Positions 18,580-28,333 of a DNA stretch of 48,192 nt are shown here, piece after piece. Made by a program: the position numbers and the translations under genes. The DNA lies in sequence record SRR20825006_720, one strand, 5' to 3'. Each line of letters starts with the position of its first letter. The stretch's first letter is position 1. The notes beneath the pieces are model-generated. The model ran no database searches and was not told the origin of the DNA. It saw only the letters and a program-made list of their open reading frames with translations.

Positions 18580-20595
18580 TTACCAGATCTTTATTCTTTC
18601 CTCTTCTGGTTTATAGTTTTCTTCCCCCTCCTTTACATCAAAAGCCTCATAGAACGGAGTAAAATTCATTAACGGACCATTTACCCTCCAGATGGCCGGA
18701 GAGTGAGAATTGGTATTCACATAGTTCCTCATAAATTCATCACGTACTTTTACACGCCAAATACGGGCAATGGACAAAAAAAACCGCTGATCAGGTGTGT
18801 ATCCGCCAATTTTAACGGTATCTTGCCCTTGTTCCGTCATTTTAAAGGCATCGTAAGCGATTGCAATTCCCCCGTTGTCCGCCGTGTTCTCACCAATGGT
18901 CATCGCACCTTTCAAGTGAACGGTGTCCAACACTGTAAACGAGCTATATCTATCTATCAATTGTTGGGTCTTGCCCTTAAATTTTTCCAAATCTGATTTG
19001 GTCCACCAGTTTTTCAGGTTTCCTTCGCCATCGTATTGCGAACCATTATCATCGAACGCATGAGTAAGTTCGTGACCGATCACCATTCCGATACCTCCAT
19101 AATTTACCGCATCATCAGCGGCCATGTCAAAATAAGGGAACTGTAGAATCCCAGCAGGGAAAACAATCTCATTTAAAGAAGCATTGTAATACGCGGTTAC
19201 AGTTGATGGCGTTGTGCCCCAAGCATCTTTATTCGGTGGCTTGTTAAGGTATTGGACGTTATACTCGTAATTATTTTCCTGTAGGGCTACCAAATTTTCA
19301 AAGTATTGGTCTCTTGCAATTTCAACATCATACTCTCGCCAAACATCAGGATATCCAATTTTTTTGGTGATGGCATACAATTTTTCCTTGGCCTTGGTTT
19401 TGGTGCTATCACTCATCCAATCCAGTTTGGACATTCTGTTCTCGAAAGCTTTTTGAAGGTTGTTCACCAAATCCAATACCCGTTGCTTCGCGGCTTCATC
19501 AAAATATCGTTTCACGTACAATTGTCCCAAGGCAAAGCCTAGATTCCTATCTACCTGTTGGGCCATGATCTGTGCCCTTGATTGTTGTTCGGACTGCCCC
19601 AACAAAATTTTGTTGTATTCAAACAGGGCATCTTCAAAAGGGACGCTCAAAAATCTGGAGTAATTGTCCAAGGTATGCGCCTTTAGGTAGGTTTTCCAAT
19701 CATTCACCGAAAGGCTTCCAAGCAAATTGTCCAACTTATCATAATACGCGGGCTGTCTCACATTGATGGAATCTGCCTCTAACTCCAATTTTGCAAGCAT
19801 AGATGCCCAATCAATATTAGGGTTTGATGCAGTAATAGAAGAAACCGCCAATTTATGATAGTTGGTCTGTGGGTCTCTTCTTTCGATACGGGTCTTATGC
19901 GATTCCGCCAGTTGTTTTTCTATATCGTACACCGTTTCTGCCTTTTCGGCACCATCTTCAATATCCGTTAAATCGAACAAGGTTGCCAAATAGGTTTTGT
20001 AGGCTTCCTGAATGCCAACTGTTGATTCATCTGTCTTAAAATAATAATCCCTGTCCGGTAGGCCCAAACCTGATTGTCCGGCATGTAAAATATTGACTTG
20101 ACTGTTTTTGTTATCGGGTGCCACACGCAGTCCCATGATGGAATTATTTCCCTTGGAAATTTGTTCAGTGACAAAATCGACCAACTCATTTTTGTTGGAA
20201 ATGGCATCGATTTCTTCCAAAATAGGCTTTATGGGTTCATATCCACGTTGGTTAAGGGTAGCCGTATCCATCCCTGATGCAAAGAAATCCCCCACTTTTT
20301 GTTCCACGGTGCCTTTTTCATGCTCGGAGGATGAAACTTCTTCCAAAATATTCTGCAGCAATTGGCGCTGTGGTATGTTTAAGAAACTATAGGAGCCTAC
20401 ACCGACCTGATCATCGGCAATTTGGATGGTATCGTACCATGTTTTGTTCACATGGTCGAAAAAATTGTCGCCCGGTTTTATGGACTCCGTGATTCCTGTA
20501 AACGCAATTTTGGACGGTTCTTCTTCTTGCTTTTTTTCCTGTTGACAAGACAGCAACAGCATGCCCGCGAGGGCCATTCTTATTGAGTATTTCAT
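18580..20595 (-). CDS. M13 (neprilysin/PepO-like) zinc metalloendopeptidase lipoprotein
   Basis: Start revised to the ATG at 20595, lipobox LLSC, VTAYY, GHELTHAFDD, GENTADNGG, HSP. Confidence 0.95.
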   Translation of the reverse strand: MKYSIRMALAGMLLLSCQQEKKQEEEPSKIAFTGITESIKPGDNFFDHVNKTWYDTIQIADDQVGVGSYSFLNIPQRQLLQNILEEVSSSEHEKGTVEQKVGDFFASGMDTATLNQRGYEPIKPILEEIDAISNKNELVDFVTEQISKGNNSIMGLRVAPDNKNSQVNILHAGQSGLGLPDRDYYFKTDESTVGIQEAYKTYLATLFDLTDIEDGAEKAETVYDIEKQLAESHKTRIERRDPQTNYHKLAVSSITASNPNIDWASMLAKLELEADSINVRQPAYYDKLDNLLGSLSVNDWKTYLKAHTLDNYSRFLSVPFEDALFEYNKILLGQSEQQSRAQIMAQQVDRNLGFALGQLYVKRYFDEAAKQRVLDLVNNLQKAFENRMSKLDWMSDSTKTKAKEKLYAITKKIGYPDVWREYDVEIARDQYFENLVALQENNYEYNVQYLNKPPNKDAWGTTPSTVTAYYNASLNEIVFPAGILQFPYFDMAADDAVNYGGIGMVIGHELTHAFDDNGSQYDGEGNLKNWWTKSDLEKFKGKTQQLIDRYSSFTVLDTVHLKGAMTIGENTADNGGIAIAYDAFKMTEQGQDTVKIGGYTPDQRFFLSIARIWRVKVRDEFMRNYVNTNSHSPAIWRVNGPLMNFTPFYEAFDVKEGEENYKPEEERIKIW

Positions 20596-20710
20596 AGGGT
20601 TGGTTAATTTGCAACAAGGTAACCAAATAAGAAGCACCATTGCTACTGGAAAGTTTTAAAAAATTCATAAAATACAGTTGAAAAACCCCAGAAAATCAGC
20701 CAGTAATTTT

Positions 20711-21517
20711 TTAAAGTTTACCAAGCATTTTATTGGACAACTCGACTAAGTCCTCCTCATAGATTTCGTTTAAAAACTCCTTATAGGGGTCGTTTCTTTT
20801 GTACTTCAGCGATTCTTGGGCTTTTTTCAAATTATGTTTTGCGTTAATGGTATCACCTACTTTTAAATAGGTCTCGGCCAAGCCGAAATAAGCTTCACAG
20901 GTCGTATCGTATTCCACCAGCCCTTTTTTATATGCCAGAATGGCGTGTTCATAATTTTCCAATTGATAATGGCAAAGACCTTGATACACAAATGCCTGCA
21001 CATCTACCCAATCGGCACCTTGGTTTACCACACTTTGTTCAAAATATTGCAATGCCCGTTGATATTCTCCCAATCCATAATAGCATTCCCCACGTAAAAA
21101 GTCAATGTCCTCGCCCCACGGCGCATCCACCACCTCTGGGGTCATCATGTCCAATCGGTCAAAATCTGTCAGGGCTGCTTTATAATCCCTTAAAAACCGT
21201 AATTTAAGATGCCCTCTATATCCTAAGTGGTGCATAGGTTCAAGTTCGACGGCTTGGTCTAAATAATTGAAACCCGTTTCATACTCACCACATTTATTAA
21301 AGGCAACGGAACGTTCAAAATAGGCATCGGAATATCCCGGATATTGCCAATTTAGGATATCGAACATAGACTGTGACAATCCATAACCCTGCAAGCTTGC
21401 GGCCATGTGAAAACGTTTTTCTTTCGGTTGAAAAACCAATAGGTAACTAACAAATCCAATATAGACTGTAAATATGATTACCAACAGAATTTTTAATCCT
21501 TTAAATATGATTTTCAT
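20711..21517 (-). CDS. Membrane-anchored tetratricopeptide-repeat protein
   Basis: N-terminal TM segment and TPR units (RGECYYGLGEYQRAL, QGLCHYQLENYEHAI, GLAETYLKVGD). Confidence 0.88.
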   Translation of the reverse strand: MKIIFKGLKILLVIIFTVYIGFVSYLLVFQPKEKRFHMAASLQGYGLSQSMFDILNWQYPGYSDAYFERSVAFNKCGEYETGFNYLDQAVELEPMHHLGYRGHLKLRFLRDYKAALTDFDRLDMMTPEVVDAPWGEDIDFLRGECYYGLGEYQRALQYFEQSVVNQGADWVDVQAFVYQGLCHYQLENYEHAILAYKKGLVEYDTTCEAYFGLAETYLKVGDTINAKHNLKKAQESLKYKRNDPYKEFLNEIYEEDLVELSNKMLGKL

Positions 21518-21520
21518 ACG

Positions 21521-22027
21521 CTAAAAGATATCCGTGACTTTTCCGTTTTGCACTTTAAAGACAATTTGTGCATAACTGTCCATTGATTCACCATTGATTT
21601 TACCTGGAACCCAGCCATCCAACTCTGATATCAAGGAATACAAATGGCTGGATATAGAATTTGGAACTTTTACTTCCTTTAAATCATTGTCAACCATTTT
21701 AGTTCTGTAATAGCCAGATTCTCCTTTGCAATTCACAATAAAACGAACTGTCAATAAACCGTTATCTGGTAGTCCATCCATTTTTATCCTTGATATGATG
21801 GTATTTTTAATCGTCCTTTCTCCTCCCTGATAATAGGTGCCAACCCTAAAATATTGGTAAATTTTATATCTGCCGCAAGGACTGAATTCCTTAGAATCTA
21901 CCGAACTATCATAATGAATATCGCCTACTTCTGTAGTCAATTTTACGTATAGCCAAAGTGACAAGATGCCAGCAATAAGAAAGCTGACCAACAGCCAGAT
22001 ATTGAGTTTGCTTTTAAAAAAAGACAT
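21521..22027 (-). CDS. Membrane-anchored protein with a TonB C-terminal-like domain
   Basis: TM anchor, YQGG, VRFIVNCKGE and WVPG motifs typical of Bacteroidota TonB_C-like proteins. Confidence 0.65.
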   Translation of the reverse strand: MSFFKSKLNIWLLVSFLIAGILSLWLYVKLTTEVGDIHYDSSVDSKEFSPCGRYKIYQYFRVGTYYQGGERTIKNTIISRIKMDGLPDNGLLTVRFIVNCKGESGYYRTKMVDNDLKEVKVPNSISSHLYSLISELDGWVPGKINGESMDSYAQIVFKVQNGKVTDIF

Positions 22028-22091
22028 GGTTTCGTTAATGGTTGATGGAAAGATACCAATAATGAATCAATTATGGTGCTTACTTTGCAAA

Positions 22092-23369
22092 CTACCCCAA
22101 CCCTTCAACCAACTGCAAAGCCCTATCTATTTCTTCTTTGGAATTATAAATATGAACGGAATGCCGTATCATTTCGTTGCCCACCGAACGGGGCTGTAAA
22201 CGTTCCTTGTCCCACATATATTTTTGCAGGTCAGGGCCACTCATGCCTATAACCCCGTAGGTGGTGATTCCCGCCGCCATATCCTCATTAGTGGACGAAT
22301 AGAATGTAACATGGTCCATTTTCTTGAGACCGTCACGCAGGTATTTGCCGAGTTCCTTCACACGGTCCAACCACACATCATGACCTACGGTATTGAAGAA
22401 ATCCACAGCGGCATCATACCCGGCCATTAGTCCTGCATTACCTGTTCCGTTTTGCATCAAACGGAAACCATGATCATCTTGATTGTCCCAATTATAGCTG
22501 GCAATGGTGGTCCAGATATCCCCTACCACATCTTTATTAATGTACAACAATCCACTTCCTGAAGGTGCCAACAACCATTTGTGCAAACTGGAGTAATACG
22601 CATCACAGCCAATGTCCTTTACATCCACGGGTATCTGCCCCACGCATTGAGCACCATCCAAAACGGTAAAAATGCCACGCTTTTTTGCCTCGGCACAGAT
22701 TTCCTTAACGGGCATTACCGTTCCAAATCCTGAAATTATGTGAGGTACGGCTATCACCTTGGTATTTGGCGTAACCTCTTTAAAAATGGCATCCACAATT
22801 TCCTGTGGGTCATTGGCAGGTTCGGGCATGGTGGCCTGTTTGTATACACAGCCTTTTCGTTTGGCCAACAATTGCCAAGCCCCAAAACCACCACCATGCT
22901 CTTGGTTGGTATTGAGAAGTTCGTCACCTTTTTGTAAATTAAGGCCCATCCCTACGTAGTTCATGCCAAAAGTGGCATTTTGGGTCAGGGAGATTTCCTT
23001 AAAATTGCAATTGATGATTTTGCCCAATTTGGTGCGAAGCTCTTCATACGGAAAATAACCTGTCAACAATTCGGGGCCGGAGCCATTTTTATAATCTACG
23101 GTGGCAGCTTCCACGTTCCAATGCAACATATGGTCGAACATTTTGTCCAACACATATCCCGGTGTTGGCCCCATGGTGCCGTTGTTGAAGTAGGTCTGGC
23201 CTTCTTTTAGGGGAAATTGCTTGCGTACCATTCCCCAATACGCTTCATCTTTGGGGGCATTGACTTTTAGGGGTTCGATGGACCAATCTTTTTGAGGGTC
23301 AAAAGAAATAAACGGGAGCGACATCATGGCTGCCGTGCCTTGTTTTAAAAATTTTCTGCGTTGCGTCAT
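22092..23369 (-). CDS. Class V PLP-dependent aminotransferase-fold enzyme (isopenicillin-N epimerase/cysteine desulfurase-like) with Tat signal
   Basis: TQRRKFLK, YFNNGTMG, LDGAQ, SSLHKW (PLP Lys), RHSVHIYN. Confidence 0.9.
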   Translation of the reverse strand: MTQRRKFLKQGTAAMMSLPFISFDPQKDWSIEPLKVNAPKDEAYWGMVRKQFPLKEGQTYFNNGTMGPTPGYVLDKMFDHMLHWNVEAATVDYKNGSGPELLTGYFPYEELRTKLGKIINCNFKEISLTQNATFGMNYVGMGLNLQKGDELLNTNQEHGGGFGAWQLLAKRKGCVYKQATMPEPANDPQEIVDAIFKEVTPNTKVIAVPHIISGFGTVMPVKEICAEAKKRGIFTVLDGAQCVGQIPVDVKDIGCDAYYSSLHKWLLAPSGSGLLYINKDVVGDIWTTIASYNWDNQDDHGFRLMQNGTGNAGLMAGYDAAVDFFNTVGHDVWLDRVKELGKYLRDGLKKMDHVTFYSSTNEDMAAGITTYGVIGMSGPDLQKYMWDKERLQPRSVGNEMIRHSVHIYNSKEEIDRALQLVEGLG

Positions 23370-23405
23370 GGTTGGGTTGGTTATGGGTTGATTGTTTGTT
23401 GCTTT

Positions 23406-24026
23406 TCAGTCATGAAAACCGAGACCTTTCATTATTTTCGGTATATACTTTTCTACACGGGAGTCACGGGTCTTGGATTGTTTGGCCCCGGAAAAATAGA
23501 GCAAATAACCTTTTTGCCTTCCGGGTGTCAATGCTTGGAATGCTTCTTTCAAATCTGCATCGGCATCCAAACGTTCTTGGAATTCTTCGGGCACCTTATA
23601 ATCCCCAATACTTTTATAGGCTACTTTTTTGCCCTGTTCATCAATTTCCAGTGCTTCAAAAATGTATGTTTTCAACACATCCTCCAATGCAATTATCTCT
23701 TCAATATTGGTAAACCGGATTACCCTGCCCGCTTGAGAATTTTTTCCCGGTTTTTTCAAAATTCCACTTTCATCCTTTAAGAGTGCTCCCTTGAAAAAAC
23801 TAAGGGTTGCATTTTCTTTAAAGGCCGCCATCATTAATATAACATGGCTATTATGGGTGTAACAGGGCACGCTCCATTTTAATTCCTCCGTTAATCCACA
23901 GCTCAAAACAAGCTGTCTGAGATATTTGAGTTCCTCTTGCCAAGTATGCACCTTACAATCCGGTGTGCCGACCAGCGAACATCTACCGCATCCTTCCTGC
24001 AAATACGAGTCAATTTTGGGATTCAT
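23406..24026 (-). CDS. YdeI/OmpD-associated family protein (DUF1801) with N-terminal GCGRC...C motif
   Basis: EELKWSVPCY, FFKGALL, ALTPGRQKGY, AKQSKTR. Confidence 0.9.
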   Translation of the reverse strand: MNPKIDSYLQEGCGRCSLVGTPDCKVHTWQEELKYLRQLVLSCGLTEELKWSVPCYTHNSHVILMMAAFKENATLSFFKGALLKDESGILKKPGKNSQAGRVIRFTNIEEIIALEDVLKTYIFEALEIDEQGKKVAYKSIGDYKVPEEFQERLDADADLKEAFQALTPGRQKGYLLYFSGAKQSKTRDSRVEKYIPKIMKGLGFHD

Positions 24027-24367
24027 AAGTGTGTCAAAAGATTAATTGTGGCCCCATTGGGGTCTTTTACAAAGAATCGGCGTACGCCCCAACTTTCGTT
24101 CCTTAATTCGTAAACTATACCGAATTCATTTTCCTGGGCCTGCTCGTACAATTTATCCACGTTGGGCACCTCAATGGATATAAAGGATTCGTCAACTATG
24201 GACTTGTCATCCTTAAAGATATTGATTTGTGCCGTTGGATTTTCTTTGGAGGCAAATGTTATGACCCATCCAATATCCATCACCAATTCCATCCCTAGAA
24301 AATCCATATAAAACAATTTGCTTGCTTCTAGGTCATTGGAATGGATGTTGGGAACAATTCTACGCAT
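24023..24367 (-). CDS. VOC/glyoxalase family protein
   Basis: FYMDFLG and ESWGVRRFFVKDPNG. ATGA overlap with the next gene. Confidence 0.92.
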   Translation of the reverse strand: MRRIVPNIHSNDLEASKLFYMDFLGMELVMDIGWVITFASKENPTAQINIFKDDKSIVDESFISIEVPNVDKLYEQAQENEFGIVYELRNESWGVRRFFVKDPNGATINLLTHL

Positions 24368-24390
24368 TGCTATAAGGATTTATTTTAAAA

Positions 24391-24972
24391 CTACTGTTCG
24401 TTATACCCTTTACCCTCAAAAATTTTGGGAATGGATTTTTCAATTCTGGCTATTCTGGTCTTGGATTGTTTGGCTTGGGAAATATGGAGCATATACCCGC
24501 GTTGTCGACCCGGCGTCAATGCCTTAAATGCTGATTTAAACTCTGTATCCGAATCCATTTTTTTCTGAAGCTCTTCGGGCATATTAAACTCGGAGGTCTT
24601 TTTTAGTTTTACTTCCAAACCTGCTTTTTCCACCTCAATAGCTTCATAGATATAAGCCTTTAGAATTTTTTCTTGTTTTATAATTTCTTCAACATCAGTA
24701 AACCTAATCTGGCGTGCTGATTGCACATTCTCGGTCTGCTGCACCAAAATATGTTCTGTATCCTTCAACAAGACTCCTTTATGAAAAAGCAAAGCGCAAT
24801 ATTCCTTAAAACCATGCATCAAAAAAATATTGTTGCTATTCAAGGTATAGCAGGGCTTGCCCCATTTAAGCTCTTCGGTCAAACCCGTGTCGAGCGCAAT
24901 TCTTCGCAATTCCCTGAATGCATTTTGCCATTGGGATGGCTTTTCAAAAAAGAAATCAACTTTTGGGTTCAT
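24391..24972 (-). CDS. YdeI/OmpD-associated family protein (DUF1801)
   Basis: EELKWGKPCY, FHKGVLL, ENVQSARQIRF, ALTPGRQRGY. Confidence 0.92.
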   Translation of the reverse strand: MNPKVDFFFEKPSQWQNAFRELRRIALDTGLTEELKWGKPCYTLNSNNIFLMHGFKEYCALLFHKGVLLKDTEHILVQQTENVQSARQIRFTDVEEIIKQEKILKAYIYEAIEVEKAGLEVKLKKTSEFNMPEELQKKMDSDTEFKSAFKALTPGRQRGYMLHISQAKQSKTRIARIEKSIPKIFEGKGYNEQ

Positions 24973-25098
24973 GATATTTATTTTTGAGGTTTCCTTTCAA
25001 AGAAAATGTAAATTCTTTGAAAATTCGATACAGGTTCATCTCTTTTTCTTTCATTTACTTTAATCAAACCCTTAAATTTAGGGAGCTAATTCAAAACA

Positions 25099-27294
25099 AT
25101 GAAAAATAAATTACTTTCCCTACTTCTACTTTTAGGAGTAGTCAGTGTCTCGGCCCAGGACAAAATTATTGGGTTCAGTGAAAAAGCTTCGCAGGAACAG
25201 GCCAAACTCGAAGCCGAATACGAAAAACAACTTTCCGCCGAAAATTTGGACGAATGGATGAAGCTCATGGCCGCCGAACCCCACTGGGTAGGTACCGAAT
25301 ATGGCGAAAAGAACGTAAAATGGATGGAAAAACAGTTCAAATCTTGGGGCTACAAAACCAAGATAGACACCTACCACGTGCTTTTTCCCTATCCAAAAGT
25401 AAGGGTACTGGAATTAACAGGCCCAACCCAATACGCTGCCAAATTGGAGGCCGTTCCTGTTGAGGGCGACCCGTACACCGCCCAAGGAGATAAATTGTTG
25501 CCCAGCTACAATGCGTTCTCTACCGATGGCGATGTAGAGGCCGATTTGGTGTTCGTGAACTACGGAATCCCAAGCGACTACGAAGAGCTCGAAAAATTGG
25601 GCATCGATGTAAAAGGAAAAATAGTGATTGCGAAGTACCAAGGTTCTTGGCGAGGCATTAAACCAAAATTGGCGGCCGAAAAGGGCGCCATTGGTTGTAT
25701 TATCTACTCCGACCCTATGGATGATGGCTATTACCAAGGCGATGTATACCCAAAAGGACCGTACAAGAACAAAACCGGTGTGCAGCGTGGTTCCGTAATG
25801 GACATGCCGTTATATCCTGGCGATGTGTTGACTCCCGGCTATGCCGCGACTAAGGATGCCAAGCGTTTGGACCGTGAAGATGCACCAACAATCACGAAGA
25901 TTCCTGTGTTGCCCATTTCCTACGAAGATGCACAGCCGTTGTTGGCCGCTTTGGAAGGCCCTGTTGCACCATCCAACTGGAGAGGTGGATTGCCAATTAC
26001 CTATCATATTGGCCCTGGACCGGCCAAAGTGCACTTAAAATTGGAGTTTGACTGGCAATTGAAACCGGCCCACAACTTAATCGCCACTTGGGAAGGAAAT
26101 GAATTCCCTGACGAGTGGGTGATTCGTGGAAACCACCACGATGCTTGGGTACACGGTGCCAGCGACCCCATCAGTGGTATGGTCGCTTTAATGGAAGAGG
26201 CCCGCGTGGTGGCCCAATTGGCCAAAGAAGGCAAAAAACCAAAACGTACCTTGGTGTACTGTGCCTGGGATGCCGAAGAACCTGGACTAATCGGGTCCAC
26301 CGAATGGGTGGAGGACCATATTCCCGAATTGAAAGAAAAGGCCGTGGCCTACATCAATACCGATGGCAACAGCCGCGGTTATTTGGGTGCTGGAGGTTCC
26401 CACTCGTTGGAGGCTATGGTAAGCCAAGTGGCAAATGCGGTGACCGACCCACAAAAAGGGGTTTCCGTTGCGGAGCGTCGCAAAGCGGCCAATGTAATGC
26501 GTGGAGGCGACAACTCGTTTAAGCTGTCCGCCTTGGGTTCCGGTTCGGACTATACGCCGTTTATCCAACATACCGGTATCGCCTCGTTGAACTTGGGCTA
26601 CGGTGGTGAAGGTTCTGGTGGTGAATACCACACCATTTACGATACTTACTCCCACTACACCCGTTTTAAAGATCCTGGGTTCCAATACGGTGTTGCCTTG
26701 GCAAATACCGCAGGACGTATCTCTTTGCGTTTGGCAAATGCCGAGGTTTTACCGTTTGAACTTACCCAGTGGCACAGTACCATCGAAGGCTATTTGGGCG
26801 AGGTGATGAAAACCTTGGAGGATATGCGTGCCGAGGTGGAAAAACACAACAAACTGGTCGCATCAGATGCCTACCAACTGACCATGGACCCCAAAAAACC
26901 CGTAGCACCCGCAAAAATGAAGGAAGAAGTGCCCTATTTGGACTTCTCCCCCATCCAAAATGTGGTGGCCGAACTAAAAAAAAGTATCGAGACCTTTTCC
27001 AAGGCCGATGTACTTGCTTTGTCCAGCGCCAAAAAGGCGCAACTGAACGAAAAGTTGATGGGCTTGGAGCAGGTATTGCTGCAGGATAAGGGTCTGCCCC
27101 GTAGAGATTGGTTCAAGCACCAGATTTATGCCCCTGGATTTTACACAGGGTATGGGGTAAAAACACTTCCAGGCGTGCGCGAGGCCATCGAACAGAAGGA
27201 ATGGAAAGAAGCACAGGAACAAATTGGGGTATTGGCCACCACCCTAAAAGCTTTTGATGCGCAGGTACAAAAACTGAACAGCATTGTGCAGTAG
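25099..27294 (+). CDS. M28 glutamate carboxypeptidase II-like peptidase (PA and transferrin-receptor-like dimerisation domains)
   Basis: Signal peptide, GNHHDAW, DPISG, WDAEE, GSGSDY, YHTIYD, WFKHQIYAPG. Confidence 0.95.
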   Translation: MKNKLLSLLLLLGVVSVSAQDKIIGFSEKASQEQAKLEAEYEKQLSAENLDEWMKLMAAEPHWVGTEYGEKNVKWMEKQFKSWGYKTKIDTYHVLFPYPKVRVLELTGPTQYAAKLEAVPVEGDPYTAQGDKLLPSYNAFSTDGDVEADLVFVNYGIPSDYEELEKLGIDVKGKIVIAKYQGSWRGIKPKLAAEKGAIGCIIYSDPMDDGYYQGDVYPKGPYKNKTGVQRGSVMDMPLYPGDVLTPGYAATKDAKRLDREDAPTITKIPVLPISYEDAQPLLAALEGPVAPSNWRGGLPITYHIGPGPAKVHLKLEFDWQLKPAHNLIATWEGNEFPDEWVIRGNHHDAWVHGASDPISGMVALMEEARVVAQLAKEGKKPKRTLVYCAWDAEEPGLIGSTEWVEDHIPELKEKAVAYINTDGNSRGYLGAGGSHSLEAMVSQVANAVTDPQKGVSVAERRKAANVMRGGDNSFKLSALGSGSDYTPFIQHTGIASLNLGYGGEGSGGEYHTIYDTYSHYTRFKDPGFQYGVALANTAGRISLRLANAEVLPFELTQWHSTIEGYLGEVMKTLEDMRAEVEKHNKLVASDAYQLTMDPKKPVAPAKMKEEVPYLDFSPIQNVVAELKKSIETFSKADVLALSSAKKAQLNEKLMGLEQVLLQDKGLPRRDWFKHQIYAPGFYTGYGVKTLPGVREAIEQKEWKEAQEQIGVLATTLKAFDAQVQKLNSIVQ

Positions 27295-27482
27295 CTAGAT
27301 TTTCCCTGAAAAACCTAGACCTGACCCCATTGTGCAAGCTCCTGTTGTATTTATGCCGCATTTCTTGAGTTAAAAATTAGTTGCCTGACCTTTAGCGTCA
27401 ATAATTTCTTGGTATGAATTAATTCAAAAACAACTCGCATTCTACTTTCGTGATGGATTAGAAACCCCAAAATATTTATATC

Positions 27483-28067
27483 ATGAAAAAGAATTTGATT
27501 TTATTAGGTGTCCTGTTTATAGGATTTACCACTTTTGCCCAGAATACGAACAATGTACAACTAGGAGTGCGTGGTGGTGCCAATTTTGCAACCGTGGCCG
27601 GTGACGATTTTGACAGCCCCGATTCAAGGACATCCTTTTACTTGGGTCTTTTGGCCGAAGCTCCTTTATCCGACCATGTGTCGTTGCAGCCAGAGGTTTT
27701 TTACTCTGCACAAGGTTTTGATATTACCGATGAACCGGATACCCCAGATGCGCAATTTCAGGTAGACTATATACAAGTTCCTGTGCTTTTAAAGTTTTAT
27801 ATAGCAGATGGACTTAACATTCACGGTGGACCACAGTTCGGTTTTAAAGTGAACGAAGAACTTGATTTTAATCCAGGAGAGGATTCTGGTGATTTTGATT
27901 CGGATTCCATAAACAGCTTTGATTTTCAGGGAACAGCTGGTGTAGAATATAAATTCCCATCAGGATTCTTTATTCAAGGAAGATATTCTTATGGTTTTTC
28001 CGAGATGATCGAGGATGTAGACGTACATAACTCCGTATGGTCCGCAGGTCTTGGATTTATGTTCTAA
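27483..28067 (+). CDS. Outer-membrane beta-barrel (PorT-like porin family) protein
   Basis: Signal peptide, GVRGGAN, LQPEVFYS, YIQVPVL, C-terminal Phe. Confidence 0.9.
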   Translation: MKKNLILLGVLFIGFTTFAQNTNNVQLGVRGGANFATVAGDDFDSPDSRTSFYLGLLAEAPLSDHVSLQPEVFYSAQGFDITDEPDTPDAQFQVDYIQVPVLLKFYIADGLNIHGGPQFGFKVNEELDFNPGEDSGDFDSDSINSFDFQGTAGVEYKFPSGFFIQGRYSYGFSEMIEDVDVHNSVWSAGLGFMF

Positions 28068-28102
28068 AAGAACTGTATAAAAAAATTGAAAAAGAAAATG
28101 GG

Positions 28103-28137
28103 AAACTTCATCTATTCGCTTAGATGGAGTTTTTTTT
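28103..28137 (+). terminator. Intrinsic terminator
   Basis: AAACTTCATCTA-loop-TAGATGGAGTTT plus T-run. Confidence 0.8.
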
Positions 28138-28252
28138 GCTTAAAATGCTTTAATAAATCATTTGTTGGGTAATTTTATTCTTTCAGGTAATTCATCTACA
28201 AAACTCAACTGTATTCAAAATAATGCTCAAGAGGTACAGTTTTATAGGGTAT

Positions 28253-28309
28253 GACACTAAGGTGACATCTAAATGTCGTGGCGCTGTCCTGTACGCTCCG
28301 ATAACTTTG
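28253..28309 (+). promoter_or_regulatory. Dyad operator GACA-N7-GACA-N6-TGTC-N7-TGTC plus -7 promoter TAACTTTG
   Basis: Half-sites at 28253, 28264, 28274 and 28285 share the centre 28270.5. TAnnTTTG at 28302-28309. Confidence 0.7.
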
Positions 28310-28333
28310 TTCCCGAACTAAAAATCATATATC

